Positions 1 to 11,381 of a DNA stretch of 64,000 nucleotides are shown here, piece by piece. Origin of the DNA: Octopus vulgaris (taxonomy: Eukaryota); assembly GCA_951406725.2 (NCBI GenBank), contig OX597820.1:14384001-14448000 (forward strand), written 5' to 3'. A model generated the notes under the pieces. The model worked only from the letters and a program-made list of their open reading frames with translations. It had not been told where the DNA came from and did no database searches. Position 1 is the stretch's first letter. Every line of letters begins with the position of its first letter. The position numbers were made by a program, and so were the translations under genes.

Positions 1-480
1 CATCACCATCACCACTACCATCATCCCCACCAGCACCATAACCACCAACACCACCACTACCACCACTTCCACCGCCATCACCCTCACCACCATCACCCTC
101 ACCACCATCACCTTCACCACCATCACCCTCATCACCCTCACCCTCAACACCATCACCTTCACCACCATCACCTTCACCACCATCACCCTCACCACCATCA
201 CCCTCACCACCATCACCCTCATCACCCTCACCTTCACCACCATCACCCTCACCACCATCACCTTCACCACCATCACCCTCACCACCATAACCTTCACCAC
301 CATCACCCTCACCACTATCACTCTCACCACCATCACCCACACAACCATCACCCTCGCCGCCACCACTACTACCACTAGCACCACCACCACTGCCACCACC
401 ATCACTGCCACCAATACCATCAACACCTCCATTTACCTTGCAACCATCACGACATTCAGTCATACAACCATCCCTGATAT
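1..480. repeat. (CAC/CAT)n degenerate trinucleotide / 15-bp CACCACCATCACCCT minisatellite
   Basis: Repeated caccaccatcaccct units at the window start. Confidence 0.9.
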
Positions 481-544
481 CATCATCACCAGCACCACCC
501 CTAACACCGCCTGTACTGCCATCACATCACCAGCAACATTTATA

Positions 545-990
545 ACACCCACATACACACATGTACACATGTGCACACACGTGCACAGATACACACACAC
601 ACATACATGCACACACACATGCACATGCACACACAGATGCATGCACACATACACACACATGTGCACACATACTCACACACACATGCACACACATACTTGC
701 ACACACAGACACACACATAAACATGCACACACACACACACAGGCACACACACACACTTGCACACACACATACATGCACACATACTTGCACACACAGACAC
801 ACACATAAACATGCACACACACACACACAGGCACACACACACACTTGCACACACACATACATGCACACATACTTGCACACACAGACACACACATAAATAT
901 GCACACACAAATGCACACACGCACACACGCACACACACACACACACATATATACGCACATACTCACACACATTCACACATGCACACACAA

Positions 991-1023
<33 letters not shown>

Positions 1024-1050
1024 CACACCCACGCACACATGCACACCACA
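545..1050. repeat. (CA)n-rich compound microsatellite with internal ~88-bp duplication
   Basis: CA/CATG-rich tract; source of the His/Thr and Cys/Val junk ORFs. Confidence 0.9.
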
Positions 1051-1280
1051 CCTAATCTGTTGGATGTCGGACTAACAAACAGAAGAATATCCGCAAAGGC
1101 AAAATGACAATATGTTATCATAAAAGACTGAAGAACTGAGCTTGTTTAACTAACCTTTAGGCAGGAATATCACCATTCATATGGAAACCAAACACGAGGA
1201 ATTAATTAAAGAAGGAAATCAAAATGATTTAATTCGTTATTACAAAACTCAATAATGCTGATAAACACAAGACTTTAGAC

Positions 1281-1720
1281 CAGGGGTTGCCAAACCTATT
1301 CGATCATCGACCACCCCCTTTAGCTACTTCTCTTTCTGCATCGACCACCCTTCTTATTTAAAATATCTTAATACCCTACTCTACTGTACTATATATATTC
1401 ATGTACAACCACTTAAGAAATTCTATTGAAGATGACACACTTTTAACTATTCAAAACTTTCGACCAGGGATTGCCAAACTTTTTTGACCATCAACCACCT
1501 TTAGCTACCTCTCCTTCTGATCTGACCCCCTTTTAGCCACTTCTCCTTCTGCATCGACCACCTTCCTCATTTAAAATATCTTAATACCCTACCCTACTGT
1601 ACCATATCTTAAATGTGTACCGTGTTCTGATGCTGGCAATTAAAATGTTAGCTAAAACATGCATGTACGACAAATTAAGAAATTCTATTGAAGATGAAAC
1701 ACTTTTTACAATTAAAACTA
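1281..1720 (+). mobile_element. hAT-like non-autonomous element end, tandemly duplicated (~185 bp)
   Basis: CAGGGGTTGCCAAAC at 1281 and CAGGGATTGCCAAAC at ~1465, each followed by homologous sequence ending in aattctattgaagatga. A CAGGG start is typical of hAT termini. Confidence 0.5.
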
Positions 1721-2105
1721 CACTGGTGAAAATCTATTTAAGACTGACGATAAAAGTTCTAATTCTTACAAAATATTTTGTTACTAACACCATACAAATT
1801 ATTTTTTTCTTTTATACACCTTATGCAGAATTTATTTCTCTTTCGAATGATGCAGACAATAACTATTTTTATACAACTTGAAGAATTCTAATGCTAAATT
1901 AATATAAACATTTCAAATTTACCAGCAAAATTAGTTTAAGACCGTATCATTATAATCTTATTTAAAGCTTAAGATTGTTGCAAAAATGAGCAACAAGAAC
2001 GAAATACGTATTAGTACTTTGTGCCATAGCTTTATTCTTAATAACGGCTGAACAACGCCTCAGCATTGAATTCGCTAAGTGATTACAAAATATATATATA
2101 CATAC

Positions 2106-3682
2106 ATAATAATAATAATAATAATAATAATAATTGTGTACAGTGCTCAGGTGCACTACAACTCATCTAAAGTGTATATATAATCAGGTGAAGTTTCGGC
2201 GGATTTCGGAAAGCATGAGGGCCTTAAAAGATGCAGTGTCATGGCAGTCAACAACTGACGCAGGCAGTTTATTCCATGCTTCAGCAACTCTGAGCGTGAA
2301 AAAATGTTTCCGAAAGTCATGGGAGCTGTATTGTTTTCTGACTTTGTAGGCATGTCCACGTGTGTTAGACACATGGAGATCAAAAAGGTGTTCAGTGTTG
2401 TTGTTGGTGAGGTGGTTGATAACTTTGTGGGTGTTTACCAAGTCCGTCGCCAAACGCCGGAGCTTCAGTGAATCCATGCCCAGGGAAACAAGGCGCTCAG
2501 AATATGGTAGGTGTCTGATGGAGGGTATGCGTTTGGTTGCACGTCTCTGGACAGATTCCAGGAGGTCAATGTTCTGTGCAAGATAGGGGTTCCAAACTGA
2601 TGATGCGAATTCCAAGTGTGGTCGTACCATAGCTGTATACAGTTTTAAATAGATGGCTGGAGAGCGGCTAACAAAAGACCTGCTGAGTGATGCCAAGACA
2701 CCCTCGGCCTTCCTGACAATCTTAGAGATATGCTTTGACCAACGCAAATCACTGCTGACAGTGATGCCTAGGTCACGCTCGCAAGAGGATTTCTTGATAT
2801 CAGTGTTGTGGAGGGAGTATGTGAACGCAGGGTTTTTTCTCCCAAAATGCATGGTGGTACACTTGTCCACAGCCAGTTTCAGTTGCCAGTCTGTGATCCA
2901 TTGCTGCATTGTGTCTAGGTCTGATTGCAGGAAAGAGTTGTAGACATCAGGATCTGTCCTCTTGATTTCAAGGTACAGCTTGATGTCGTCTGCATATTTC
3001 AATACTGTGGCATTCTTTAAATTGGCATCTATGTCGTTAATGTATGCCACAAACAAGAGGGGGCCAAGGACAGATCCCTGTGGTACACCCGATGACATCT
3101 CATATGGTGTAGAGTGCTGTCCTAGAACTGTGACTACCTCCTTTCGGCTGAGGATGAAGGATTTCAACCAGTTAAAAAGGTCATCCCCCACACCCATTGC
3201 AGAGAGTTTCACCATAAGCCTTTTGTGTGGCACAGAGTTGAAAGCCTTAGCAAAGTCAAGGTAGACAACATCCACCCATGAGCCACTGTCAGTAATCTGA
3301 GTAATGTCCTCAAGGAACTCGACAAGCTGGTCACTGCAGCTGGAGTTAGGGACAAATCCATATTGTGAGGGTCGGATGAGACTGTGAGAGCTCCAGAAGT
3401 TCCAGAGTGTTTCTCTGACACACGATTCCATCAGTTTTGCAATACAGCTAGTGAGACTGACTGGGCGATAGTTGACAGGTGATGTGCGGTCGCCCTTTTT
3501 GAACAGAGGAATGACACTGGCAGTTTTCCACTGCTCCGGAGTAGCACCATTGTTGAGACAGTACTGGAAGAAAATAGAAAGCTGGTGTAAAAGGAAGTGC
3601 CTGCCACGTTTGAGAAGCAGGTATGTAACTCCATCGAGACCAGGGGAGGCATAGTTGCGCATAGTTGCGCTTATAGTTGCGC
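2106..3682 (-). mobile_element. 5'-truncated CR1/L2-group non-LTR retrotransposon
   Basis: RT ORF, short 3' UTR with stem-loop (tgtagtgc-acctga-gcactgtaca) and (ATT)n tail at 2106-2133; flanked by (TA)n sequence. Confidence 0.93.
2184..3662 (-). CDS. LINE ORF2 reverse transcriptase (C-terminal ~490 aa; endonuclease lost by 5' truncation)
   Basis: Motifs SPGLDG, NYRPVSLTS, QYGF, VYLDFAKAFNSV, GVPQGSVLGPLLF, YADD, RDLGI, VRPHLEFASSVWNP, LESVQRRATK, TRGH, AWNKLP; no internal stops. Confidence 0.95.
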   Translation of the reverse strand: MRNYASPGLDGVTYLLLKRGRHFLLHQLSIFFQYCLNNGATPEQWKTASVIPLFKKGDRTSPVNYRPVSLTSCIAKLMESCVRETLWNFWSSHSLIRPSQYGFVPNSSCSDQLVEFLEDITQITDSGSWVDVVYLDFAKAFNSVPHKRLMVKLSAMGVGDDLFNWLKSFILSRKEVVTVLGQHSTPYEMSSGVPQGSVLGPLLFVAYINDIDANLKNATVLKYADDIKLYLEIKRTDPDVYNSFLQSDLDTMQQWITDWQLKLAVDKCTTMHFGRKNPAFTYSLHNTDIKKSSCERDLGITVSSDLRWSKHISKIVRKAEGVLASLSRSFVSRSPAIYLKLYTAMVRPHLEFASSVWNPYLAQNIDLLESVQRRATKRIPSIRHLPYSERLVSLGMDSLKLRRLATDLVNTHKVINHLTNNNTEHLFDLHVSNTRGHAYKVRKQYSSHDFRKHFFTLRVAEAWNKLPASVVDCHDTASFKALMLSEIRRNFT

Positions 3683-3683
3683 T

Positions 3684-3705
<22 letters not shown>

Positions 3706-3715
<10 letters not shown>

Positions 3716-3906
3716 AGAGGGATGATCACTACGGGGACATCCATTATGCTAGAAGTAGATCCACTATGATGTCCACGTAGTGGTCAACCCTCTTATATGT
3801 GTGTAATATAATTTTTCTGAATCTTCAGATTTTAATATGCTAGACCACAGGTTTTAAATTGATATTAACCAAATTAATATTCGATTTTTCATCCTTACTA
3901 TTTTAA

Positions 3907-3908
<2 letters not shown>
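3706..3908. mobile_element. Short dispersed element in (TA)n with ~36-bp fold-back arms (related copies 17505-17740 and 42880-42985)
   Basis: acatataagagggatgatcactacggggacatc pairs with gatgtccacgtagtggtcaaccctcttatatgt. The segment ttttctgaatcttcagatt...atgctagaccac...ggttttaaatt recurs at 42884 (+) and 17510-17590 (-). Confidence 0.6.
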
Positions 3909-3940
<32 letters not shown>

Positions 3941-4837
3941 ATATACAATGGGCTTCTTTCAGTTTCCGTCTGTCAAATCCACTCACAAGGCTTTGGTTGA
4001 ATTGAGTCTATAGCAGAAGACACTTGCCCAAGGTGCCATGCAGTAGGACTGAACCTGGAACCACACAGCTGCACCTATGTGTGTTTTTGTGTTATGTTCG
4101 CCATACCCCAGTCTTGCTTGATAACAGGTGTTGGTTGGTTTACATCCCCAAGAATTAGCACTTCAGCAAAAGAAACCAATAAAATGGGAAGCAGACTTTA
4201 AAAAAAAAAAGAAAAGGAATGTGGTTGCACAACACTTCATGGTGGTGCCCCAGCCTGGCCACAGACTCTTGACTGAAACAAGTAAGAGATAACAGGAGCA
4301 ATAACAGATGAAAGATAATATGGACAAATGACATTTTGCATTCCACCATTACCAAAAAAAAAATAAATAAATAAAATAAAATAAAATAAAATAAAATCAA
4401 TAAATATAGCCTTGAAAAAAGGTAAAAAAAAATAATTTTAAAAAATGAAGGCATTTATAACAAAAACTGCAAAAAGATAAAATATTAGTTGATAAATGAG
4501 AATACCTTGCAGGGTAGACATCTTATGGAAATTATAAGCAGATATCAGGAAAGGGAAGGGAAAAAATGTTTAATGTTACACAGTTTGTGTAATTTGATTG
4601 TATGTCAAACATGCAATACATTATTAAAGAGAACGGCATTATAACTCCGACAGCCAACGATTCCGACAGAACATGTACAATTACTTTGGATTTCATTCTA
4701 TAAAAACACATACACACACATACATATACATATATATTGTCTTTAACTGTGTGTATGTGTGTGTATATAAATATGTATGTATGTATATTGCATATAGTGT
4801 ACACAGAGATATATATTCTTTCATATATATATGTGTG

Positions 4838-4909
<72 letters not shown>

Positions 4910-5284
4910 TATATAGATAGATATATTTAATAGAGTGTATACATATATGTGTGTATGTGTCTGCTTAGATATATATATATCTGTATTTATATGTATATGT
5001 GTGCATATATATATATATATATATATGTATATTTATCTATCTCTCTCTCTCATATATACATATACACACACACACACACAGTTATATATATTGTGCACAG
5101 TGTGTAATTGATCTTTTTTTGTGAAGACATGTGTCGTGTACAATTCGATTGTGTGTTAATTACTCTGTAACATTAAGCCTTCAGAGTGTATAGCCCACAG
5201 GTCACATTAGATCAACCAGGGCACATTCAGAGAAGGGAAGTTGGAAATAACATTTCTTTTTAAGAGAGCAAAGAGGTAACTTAG

Positions 5285-5585
5285 TGGAGGCACATGGCCT
5301 AGTGGCTAAAGCAGCAGACTCGCAGTCAAGGGATCACGCGTTCAAATCTCAGATGTGTGTGTTAATAAGTGAAACGTCTAAGCTCCACGCGGCCCCGGCA
5401 GAAGGTAATGGTGTACTTCTGCTGACTCTTTCGTCACAACTTTCTCTCACTCTTTCCTCCTGCATCATGCAGCACACCTGCGACGAACCGGCGTCCCATC
5501 CAGGTGGGGAACCTATACGCCTAGGAAACCGGGAAACCGGCCCTTATGAGCCAGGCATGGCTTGCGAAGGAACAAACAATAACAA
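5285..5585 (+). mobile_element. tRNA-derived SINE family 4 (V-domain-like core)
   Basis: A box TGGCCTAGTGG, B-box-like GTTCAAATC, core tgcgacgaaccggcgtcccatccagg, (AAC)-type tail; homologous copy at 59835-60130 (-). Confidence 0.75.
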
Positions 5586-6499
5586 AGGGGAAACTTATCA
5601 AATACAACATGAAAAGAGTGATTTTATACATTCTATTTGCTTGATCAATGCAGATATGGCTGTGTGTTTCACAATCTCATGGTTTCAGGTTCAGTCCCAC
5701 TGTGTGGCTTTCAGGAAAAGTGTTTTCTTCTATAGTTCTGGGCTGGTCAAAGCCTTCTTGGTGGATTTGGTAGATAGAAACTGAAAGAAGCCTATTTGCC
5801 CTCTCACTCTGTCCAGTTCCCCAGTGCACTCATTCCTGTCTCCTTCCCTGTCACATCTTCACCATCTTTTCTCTCTCTCTCTCTCTCTTTCCACTCTTTC
5901 TCACCACTCCCTTCCTCCCTCTCTCTCTCTCTCCCATCTTCTTGCCTCTCCATTCCCTCCTTCTCACCTCTCTCTCCCTTTCTCTCTCGCCCCTCTTTCT
6001 CACCACTCTCTTTCTCTCTCCCCACACTTTCTCGCCTCTCTCTCTTTCTCTCTCTCTCCCCCACCTGAGGTACCCACGTTTCCCTTCTAACGCAAGACAA
6101 CTTCTTTTGTCCCTCATTACTGTTCCCTCACTATATCGAAGGCTTTTGTCTTCAAGATACATGGTAACCTCACTAGAGCTGGTGCCACATAAAAAGCACA
6201 CAGTCCACTCTGTGAAGAGGTTGGCATTAGGAAGGGCATCCAGCTGTAGAAGCCAATGCCACAACAGACAATGGAACTTGGTGTAGTCTTCTGACTGACA
6301 GTTCCTGTCAAACCATCCAACTCATATCTGCATGAAAAACGGACATTAAAAGATGACCATGATGATGACAATGTTCATGATGATGTATGTTTGTGTTTGT
6401 GTGTTTGTGTCAACGTTTGTCACTCTTCACTGCTTGATGACCCGTGTTGGTTTGTTCACATCCCTGTGACCTGGCTGTTTGGCAAAAGATACTCCCTCC

Positions 6500-6905
6500 C
6501 TTACTCCCTTACTTGTTTCAGTCATTTGACTGTGGCCATGCTGGAGCACTGTCTTTAGTTGAGCAAATCGACCCCAGAGCTTATTATTTGTAAGCCTACT
6601 ACTTATTCTATCGGTCTCTTTTGCTGAACTGCTAAGTTACGGGGATGTAAACACACCAGCATCGGTTGTCAAGTGATGTTGGGGGGATTAAACACAGACA
6701 CACAAATATAAACCCACATATATATATATATTTATACATATACGACGGGCTTCTTTCAGTTTCTGTCCACCAAATCCACTCACAAGGCTTAGGTCGGCCC
6801 AAGGCTATAGTAGAAGACACTTGCCCAAGGTGCCACGCAGTGGGACTGAACCCAGAACCATGTGGTTGGTAAGTAAGCTACTTACCATACAGCCAGTCTT
6901 GCACC
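6500..6905 (-). mobile_element. tRNA-derived SINE family 1 (CORE-like ccttgggcaagt domain)
   Basis: Minus strand reads ggctgtatggtaagtagc...gggttcagtcccactgcgtggcaccttgggcaagtgtcttc...(TA)n...gactgaaacaagtaa; more than a dozen copies in the window. Confidence 0.85.
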
Positions 6906-7119
6906 TTTGATAGAATAAATATTAGATTTTAAAAAAACAAGCATCAATACTGGAACCTATTTCTTCAACAAAACCCTTCAAAACACTGCTCCAGCATGAC
7001 CACAGTCCAGTGAGTGAAACAAATAAAAGAAAAATAGTTAAGGATATCTATTAATGATTATCTCCCCTCATAAACCTCTTCGGTTGACTGATGTGAGGCT
7101 AGTTTCTGTGATATTGTTT

Positions 7120-7510
7120 ACTGTGGCTATGAGGTAAGAAGCTTGCTTCCCAACCACATAGTTCTGGGTTCAGTACCACTACATGGCACCTCTGGCAAAT
7201 GTCTTCTACTATAGCTTTGGGCCAACCAAAGCCTTGTGAGTGGATTTGGTAGACGGAAACTGAAAGAAGCCCATCATACATATTATGTGAGTGTACCTTT
7301 GTGTTTGTTTGTACCCCCACACCATTGCTTGAGAACCAATGTTTCTGTGTTTACATACCTGTAACTTAGCAGTTTGGCAAAAGAGAGTGATAGACAAAGT
7401 ACTAGTCTTACAAAGAATAAGCCCGGGGTCGATTTGTTCGATTAAAACCCTTTAAGGTGGTGCACCAGTATGGCCACAGTCATTTGACTGAAACAGGTAA
7501 AAGAATAAAG
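7120..7510 (+). mobile_element. SINE family 1 copy
   Basis: Same head, core and tail as 6500-6905, opposite orientation. Confidence 0.85.
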
Positions 7511-7860
7511 ATGAGATAAATATCCACCGGGATAGGATGCTTGTCTCTAATGAAACTATTGCGAAAGACAGAATTAAACGTAACACAAACAATTTCTAAT
7601 TAAATTTAAAGTAATTAACCAGAGGAAACTGCAATCATGTTTGTTTCTGGAGCATTCCTGATATTTCTCTCTCTGGCCAGGTAACCTTGTACTTTCTTTT
7701 AAGCAAGACACCTGTATCTGTCTCATTATAACCTTTTCATCATCCAACACAAGATCACCTCCTCCAATGCTCATTTTTTTTTGTCTGACCAGTACTTGGT
7801 GACCCTGTCAGTGCAGGTGCCACTTGAAAGCACTCAGTCCACACTGTAAAGTGGTTGGTA

Positions 7861-9796
7861 TTCTGAAGGACATCCAGCCGTAAAAACCTTGCCAAAACTG
7901 ACCTTGCCTGTGCTAGTGCCACATAAAAAGCACTAGGTCCACTCTACTGAGTGCTTGATGTTAGGAAGGGCATCCAGCTGTAAAAACCTTGCCAAAACTG
8001 ACCTTGCCTGTGCTAGTGCCACATAAAAAGCACTGAGTCCACTCTACTGAGTGCTTGATGTTAGGAAGGGCATCCAGCTGTAAAAACCTTGCCAAAACTG
8101 ACCTTGCCTGTGCTAGTGCCACATAAAAAGCACTGAGTCCACTCTACTGAGTGCTTGATGTTAGGAAGGGCATCCAGCTGTAAAAACCTTGCCAAAACTG
8201 ACCTTGCCTGTGCTAGTGCCACATAAAAAGCACTGAGTCCACTCTACTGAGTGCTTGATGTTAGGAAGGGCATCCAGCTGTAAAAACCTTGCCAAAACTG
8301 ACCTTGCCTGTGCTAGTGCCACATAAAAAGCACTGAGTCCACTCTACTGAGTGCTTGATGTTAGGAAGGACATCCAGCCGTAAAAACCTTGCCAAAACTG
8401 ACCTTGCCTGTGCTAGTGCCACATAAAAAGCACTGAGTCCACTCTACTGAGTGCTTGATGTTAGGAAGGACATCCAGCCGTAAAAACCTTGCCAAAATTG
8501 ACCTTGCCTGTGCTAGTGCCACATAAAAAGCACTGAGTCCACTCTACTGAGTGCTTGATGTTAGGAAGGGCATCCAGCTGTAAAAACCTTGCCAAAACTG
8601 ACCTTGCCTGTGCTAGTGCCACATAAAAAGCACTGAGTCCACTCTACTGAGTGCTTGATGTTAGGAAGGACATCCAGCTGTAAAAACCTTGCCAAAACTG
8701 ACCTTGCCTGTGCTAGTGCCACATAAAAAGCACTGAGTCCACTCTACTGAGTGCTTGATGTTAGGAAGGGCATCCAGCTGTAAAAACCTTGCCAAAACTG
8801 ACCTTGCCTGTGCTAGTGCCACATAAAAAGCACTGAGTCCACTCTACTGAGTGCTTGATGTTAGGAAGGACATCCAGCTGTAAAAACCTTGCCAAAACTG
8901 ACCTTGCCTGTGCTAGTGCCACATAAAAAGCACTGAGTCCACTCTACTGAGTGCTTGATGTTAGGAAGGGCATCCAGCTGTAAAAACCTTGCCAAAACTG
9001 ACCTTGCCTGTGCTAGTGCCACATAAAAAGCACTGAGTCCACTCTACTGAGTGCTTGATGTTAGGAAGGGCATCCAGCTGTAAAAACCTTGCCAAAACTG
9101 ACCTTGCCTGTGCTAGTGCCACATAAAAAGCACTGAGTCCACTCTACTGAGTGCTTGATGTTAGGAAGGGCATCCAGCTGTAAAAACCTTGCCAAAACTG
9201 ACCTTGCCTGTGCTAGTGCCACATAAAAAGCACTGAGTCCACTCTACTGAGTGCTTGATGTTAGGAAGGACATCCAGCCGTAAAAACCTTGCCAAAACTG
9301 ACCTTGCCTGTGCTAGTGCCACATAAAAAGCACTGAGTCCACTCTACTGAGTGCTTGATGTTAGGAAGGACATCCAGCTGTAAAAACCTTGCCAAAACTG
9401 ACCTTGCCTGTGCTAGTGCCACATAAAAAGCACTGAGTCCACTCTACTGAGTGCTTGATGTTAGGAAGGGCATCCAGCTGTAAAAACCTTGCCAAAACTG
9501 ACCTTGCCTGTGCTAGTGCCACATAAAAAGCACTGAGTCCACTCTACTGAGTGCTTGATGTTAGGAAGGACATCCAGCTGTAAAACCTTGCCAAAACTGA
9601 CCTTGCCTGTGCTAGTGCCACATAAAAAGCACTGAGTCCACTCTACTGAGTGCTTGATGTTAGGAAGGGCATCCAGCTGTAAAAACCTTGCCAAAACTGA
9701 CCTTGCCTGTGCTAGTGCCACATAAAAAGCACTGAGTCCACTCTACTGAGTGCTTGATGTTAGGAAGGGCATCCAGCTGTAAAACTCCTGCCAAAA
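7861..9796 (+). repeat. 100-bp tandem array, ~19 near-identical copies, inside one family-3 retroelement tail
   Basis: Unit ttaggaagggcatccagctgtaaaaaccttgccaaaactgaccttgcctgtgctagtgccacataaaaagcactgagtccactctactgagtgcttgatg at 100-bp period; flanks 7790-7860 and 9797-9900 are the normal family-3 body and (GAT)n tail. Confidence 0.97.
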
Positions 9797-10910
9797 CAGT
9801 CACAGAAGTCTGGTGCAGGCTTTGGCCTGGCCAGCTCTTGTGAAACTGTCCTACCCATGCTAATATGGAAGGCAGACGTTAAACGATGATGATGGTGGTG
9901 GTGATCATTCTGCAAGATGGAAGCCAAACAGTTGATATTCAATCTTGCTAAGTTAATCTGTGTCTTGGGTCAAGCTGGTTGACGCTTGATTCACCTTACT
10001 AAAGGTGGGACAGCTCTCTTGTGAGGTTGGAGATGACCACTGTTACAGCTACTACTGCCATCATCACCACCACCAGCACAACAACAACCACCACAACTGC
10101 CACCACAACCATCACCACATCACCTCACTCCCACCCCACAACACCAACACCATCTGCACAACCAATGCCAGTACCATCGCCACTACCACCGTCACCATCA
10201 CCACTGCCACCATCACTTTCATACTACCACCGCCACCACTACCATCACCTCCACCACTGCTGCTGCCGCCACTTCTACCACCACCGCCATTAATCTTGAT
10301 TTGGATTCCTGTAAAGAGATAGAATGTAAGAGGAGTACAGCACACCATTGTAAGCCAGAGATGATTGCCAGCCTCCTCACCATCCACCAGAATCTGTAAA
10401 TAGGTCCAGTGTGGGAGGACAACACAGCATTGTAAATCCTAGATGTTGATCACCGACCATCACCAATGAGAATGGCAAATTGCTACATGTCTTGCTGATG
10501 AAGGTACTTGGCCTGGTGGTTTGGGTGTTGCACTCTCGACTGTGAGGTTGTGGTTTCAATTCCTGGATTAGGTGGTGTGTTGTGTTCTTGAGCAAAACTC
10601 TTCATTTCTTGTAACCCCATCTAAGTAAACTAAAGCAGATGGAATGAGTTGTCTTGCTTGGAAAAGAACCATAAAATCTCTTACTTGTGTCAGTCGTTGG
10701 ACTGTGGCCAAGCTGGAGTGCCATTTTGAAGGGTTTAGCCAAATGAATTGATCCCAGGTACTTATTTTGTAAGCCTGGTGCCTATTTTATTGGTCTCACT
10801 AAACCGCTAAGGTATAGGGACACAAATATGCACACAAACATATGCACACATACACATTATTACTGATATATGCATATACACCCATTACCAATTTTTCCAT
10901 CTTTGATTCC

Positions 10911-11058
10911 ATTATTTACATTATTTACATTTGACAGATATTTGTCCTCATCTTGTTTGATGTTTACATGTTTCGGCTGATATACCCATCCAGCCCTCAT
11001 CAGGAGTTTTGGAGAAATTTCAAACCTGGGTTCTCATTCCTAAGGTATTTTTCTATGC

Positions 11059-11120
<62 letters not shown>

Positions 11121-11186
11121 TTGCTGCCTGGAATCGGACATGGAATCTTGGGGTTAGTAGCCCACACTCTTAACCACTACACCATA
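10911..11186 (-). mobile_element. tRNA-headed SINE-like element with a hammerhead-ribozyme-like body
   Basis: Minus strand: A box TGGTGTAGTGG, anticodon-like arm GGG-CTACTAA-CCC, B-box-like GTCCGATTCC, (AAT)n spacer, CTGATGA-G-GGCTG..CAGCC-GAAAC, tail (AATGTAAAT)2. Confidence 0.7.
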
Positions 11187-11239
11187 TTAAGGAAAGATAG
11201 GAAAATATTAGATTTATAAGCCATAATTGCCCACAAGAA

Positions 11240-11381
11240 CAACATCGAAAAATATCTTAGAAACGAGAACCCAGGTTTGAAATTTCCCCAAGGCACCTGA
11301 TGAAGGCTGGAGGGTATATCAGCCGAAACGTTGTGCTAACAACAAACAAGATGAGGACAAATATCTGTCAAATGTAAATAA
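11240..11381 (+). mobile_element. Headless second copy of the hammerhead-containing element, inverted relative to 10921-11062
   Basis: ~140-bp reverse-complement match to 10921-11062. Confidence 0.8.
11292..11337 (+). ncRNA. Minimal type I hammerhead ribozyme motif
   Basis: Stem I GGCAC/GTGCT, core CTGATGA(A), stem II GGCTG/CAGCC, GAAAC, palindromic AACGTT in place of stem III, GUU triplet. Confidence 0.65.

Noticed and set aside
460-1107. Cys/Val- and His/Thr-rich ORFs (likewise the Tyr/Ile ORFs at 35, 37, 40-44 and 62-64 kb)
   Set aside because: They are translations of (CA)n/(TG)n/(TA)n microsatellites, which lack stops by composition.
3663-3710. N-terminus [16 protein letters not shown] of the 508-aa ORF
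   Set aside because: It is read-through from the flanking (TA)n and the junction stutter, not part of LINE ORF2.
7861-9796. CRISPR-like regular array
   Set aside because: Units are contiguous and identical with no unique spacers, there are no cas genes, the context is eukaryotic, and the unit derives from a retroelement tail.
10035-10290. His/Thr/Pro-rich ORFs
   Set aside because: They come from a degenerate (CAC)n microsatellite of the same type as 1-480.
11117-11186. tRNA gene (also heads at 5290, 17100-17180 and 60070-60130)
   Set aside because: A/B boxes are present but there is no intact acceptor stem, and each continues into a SINE body.
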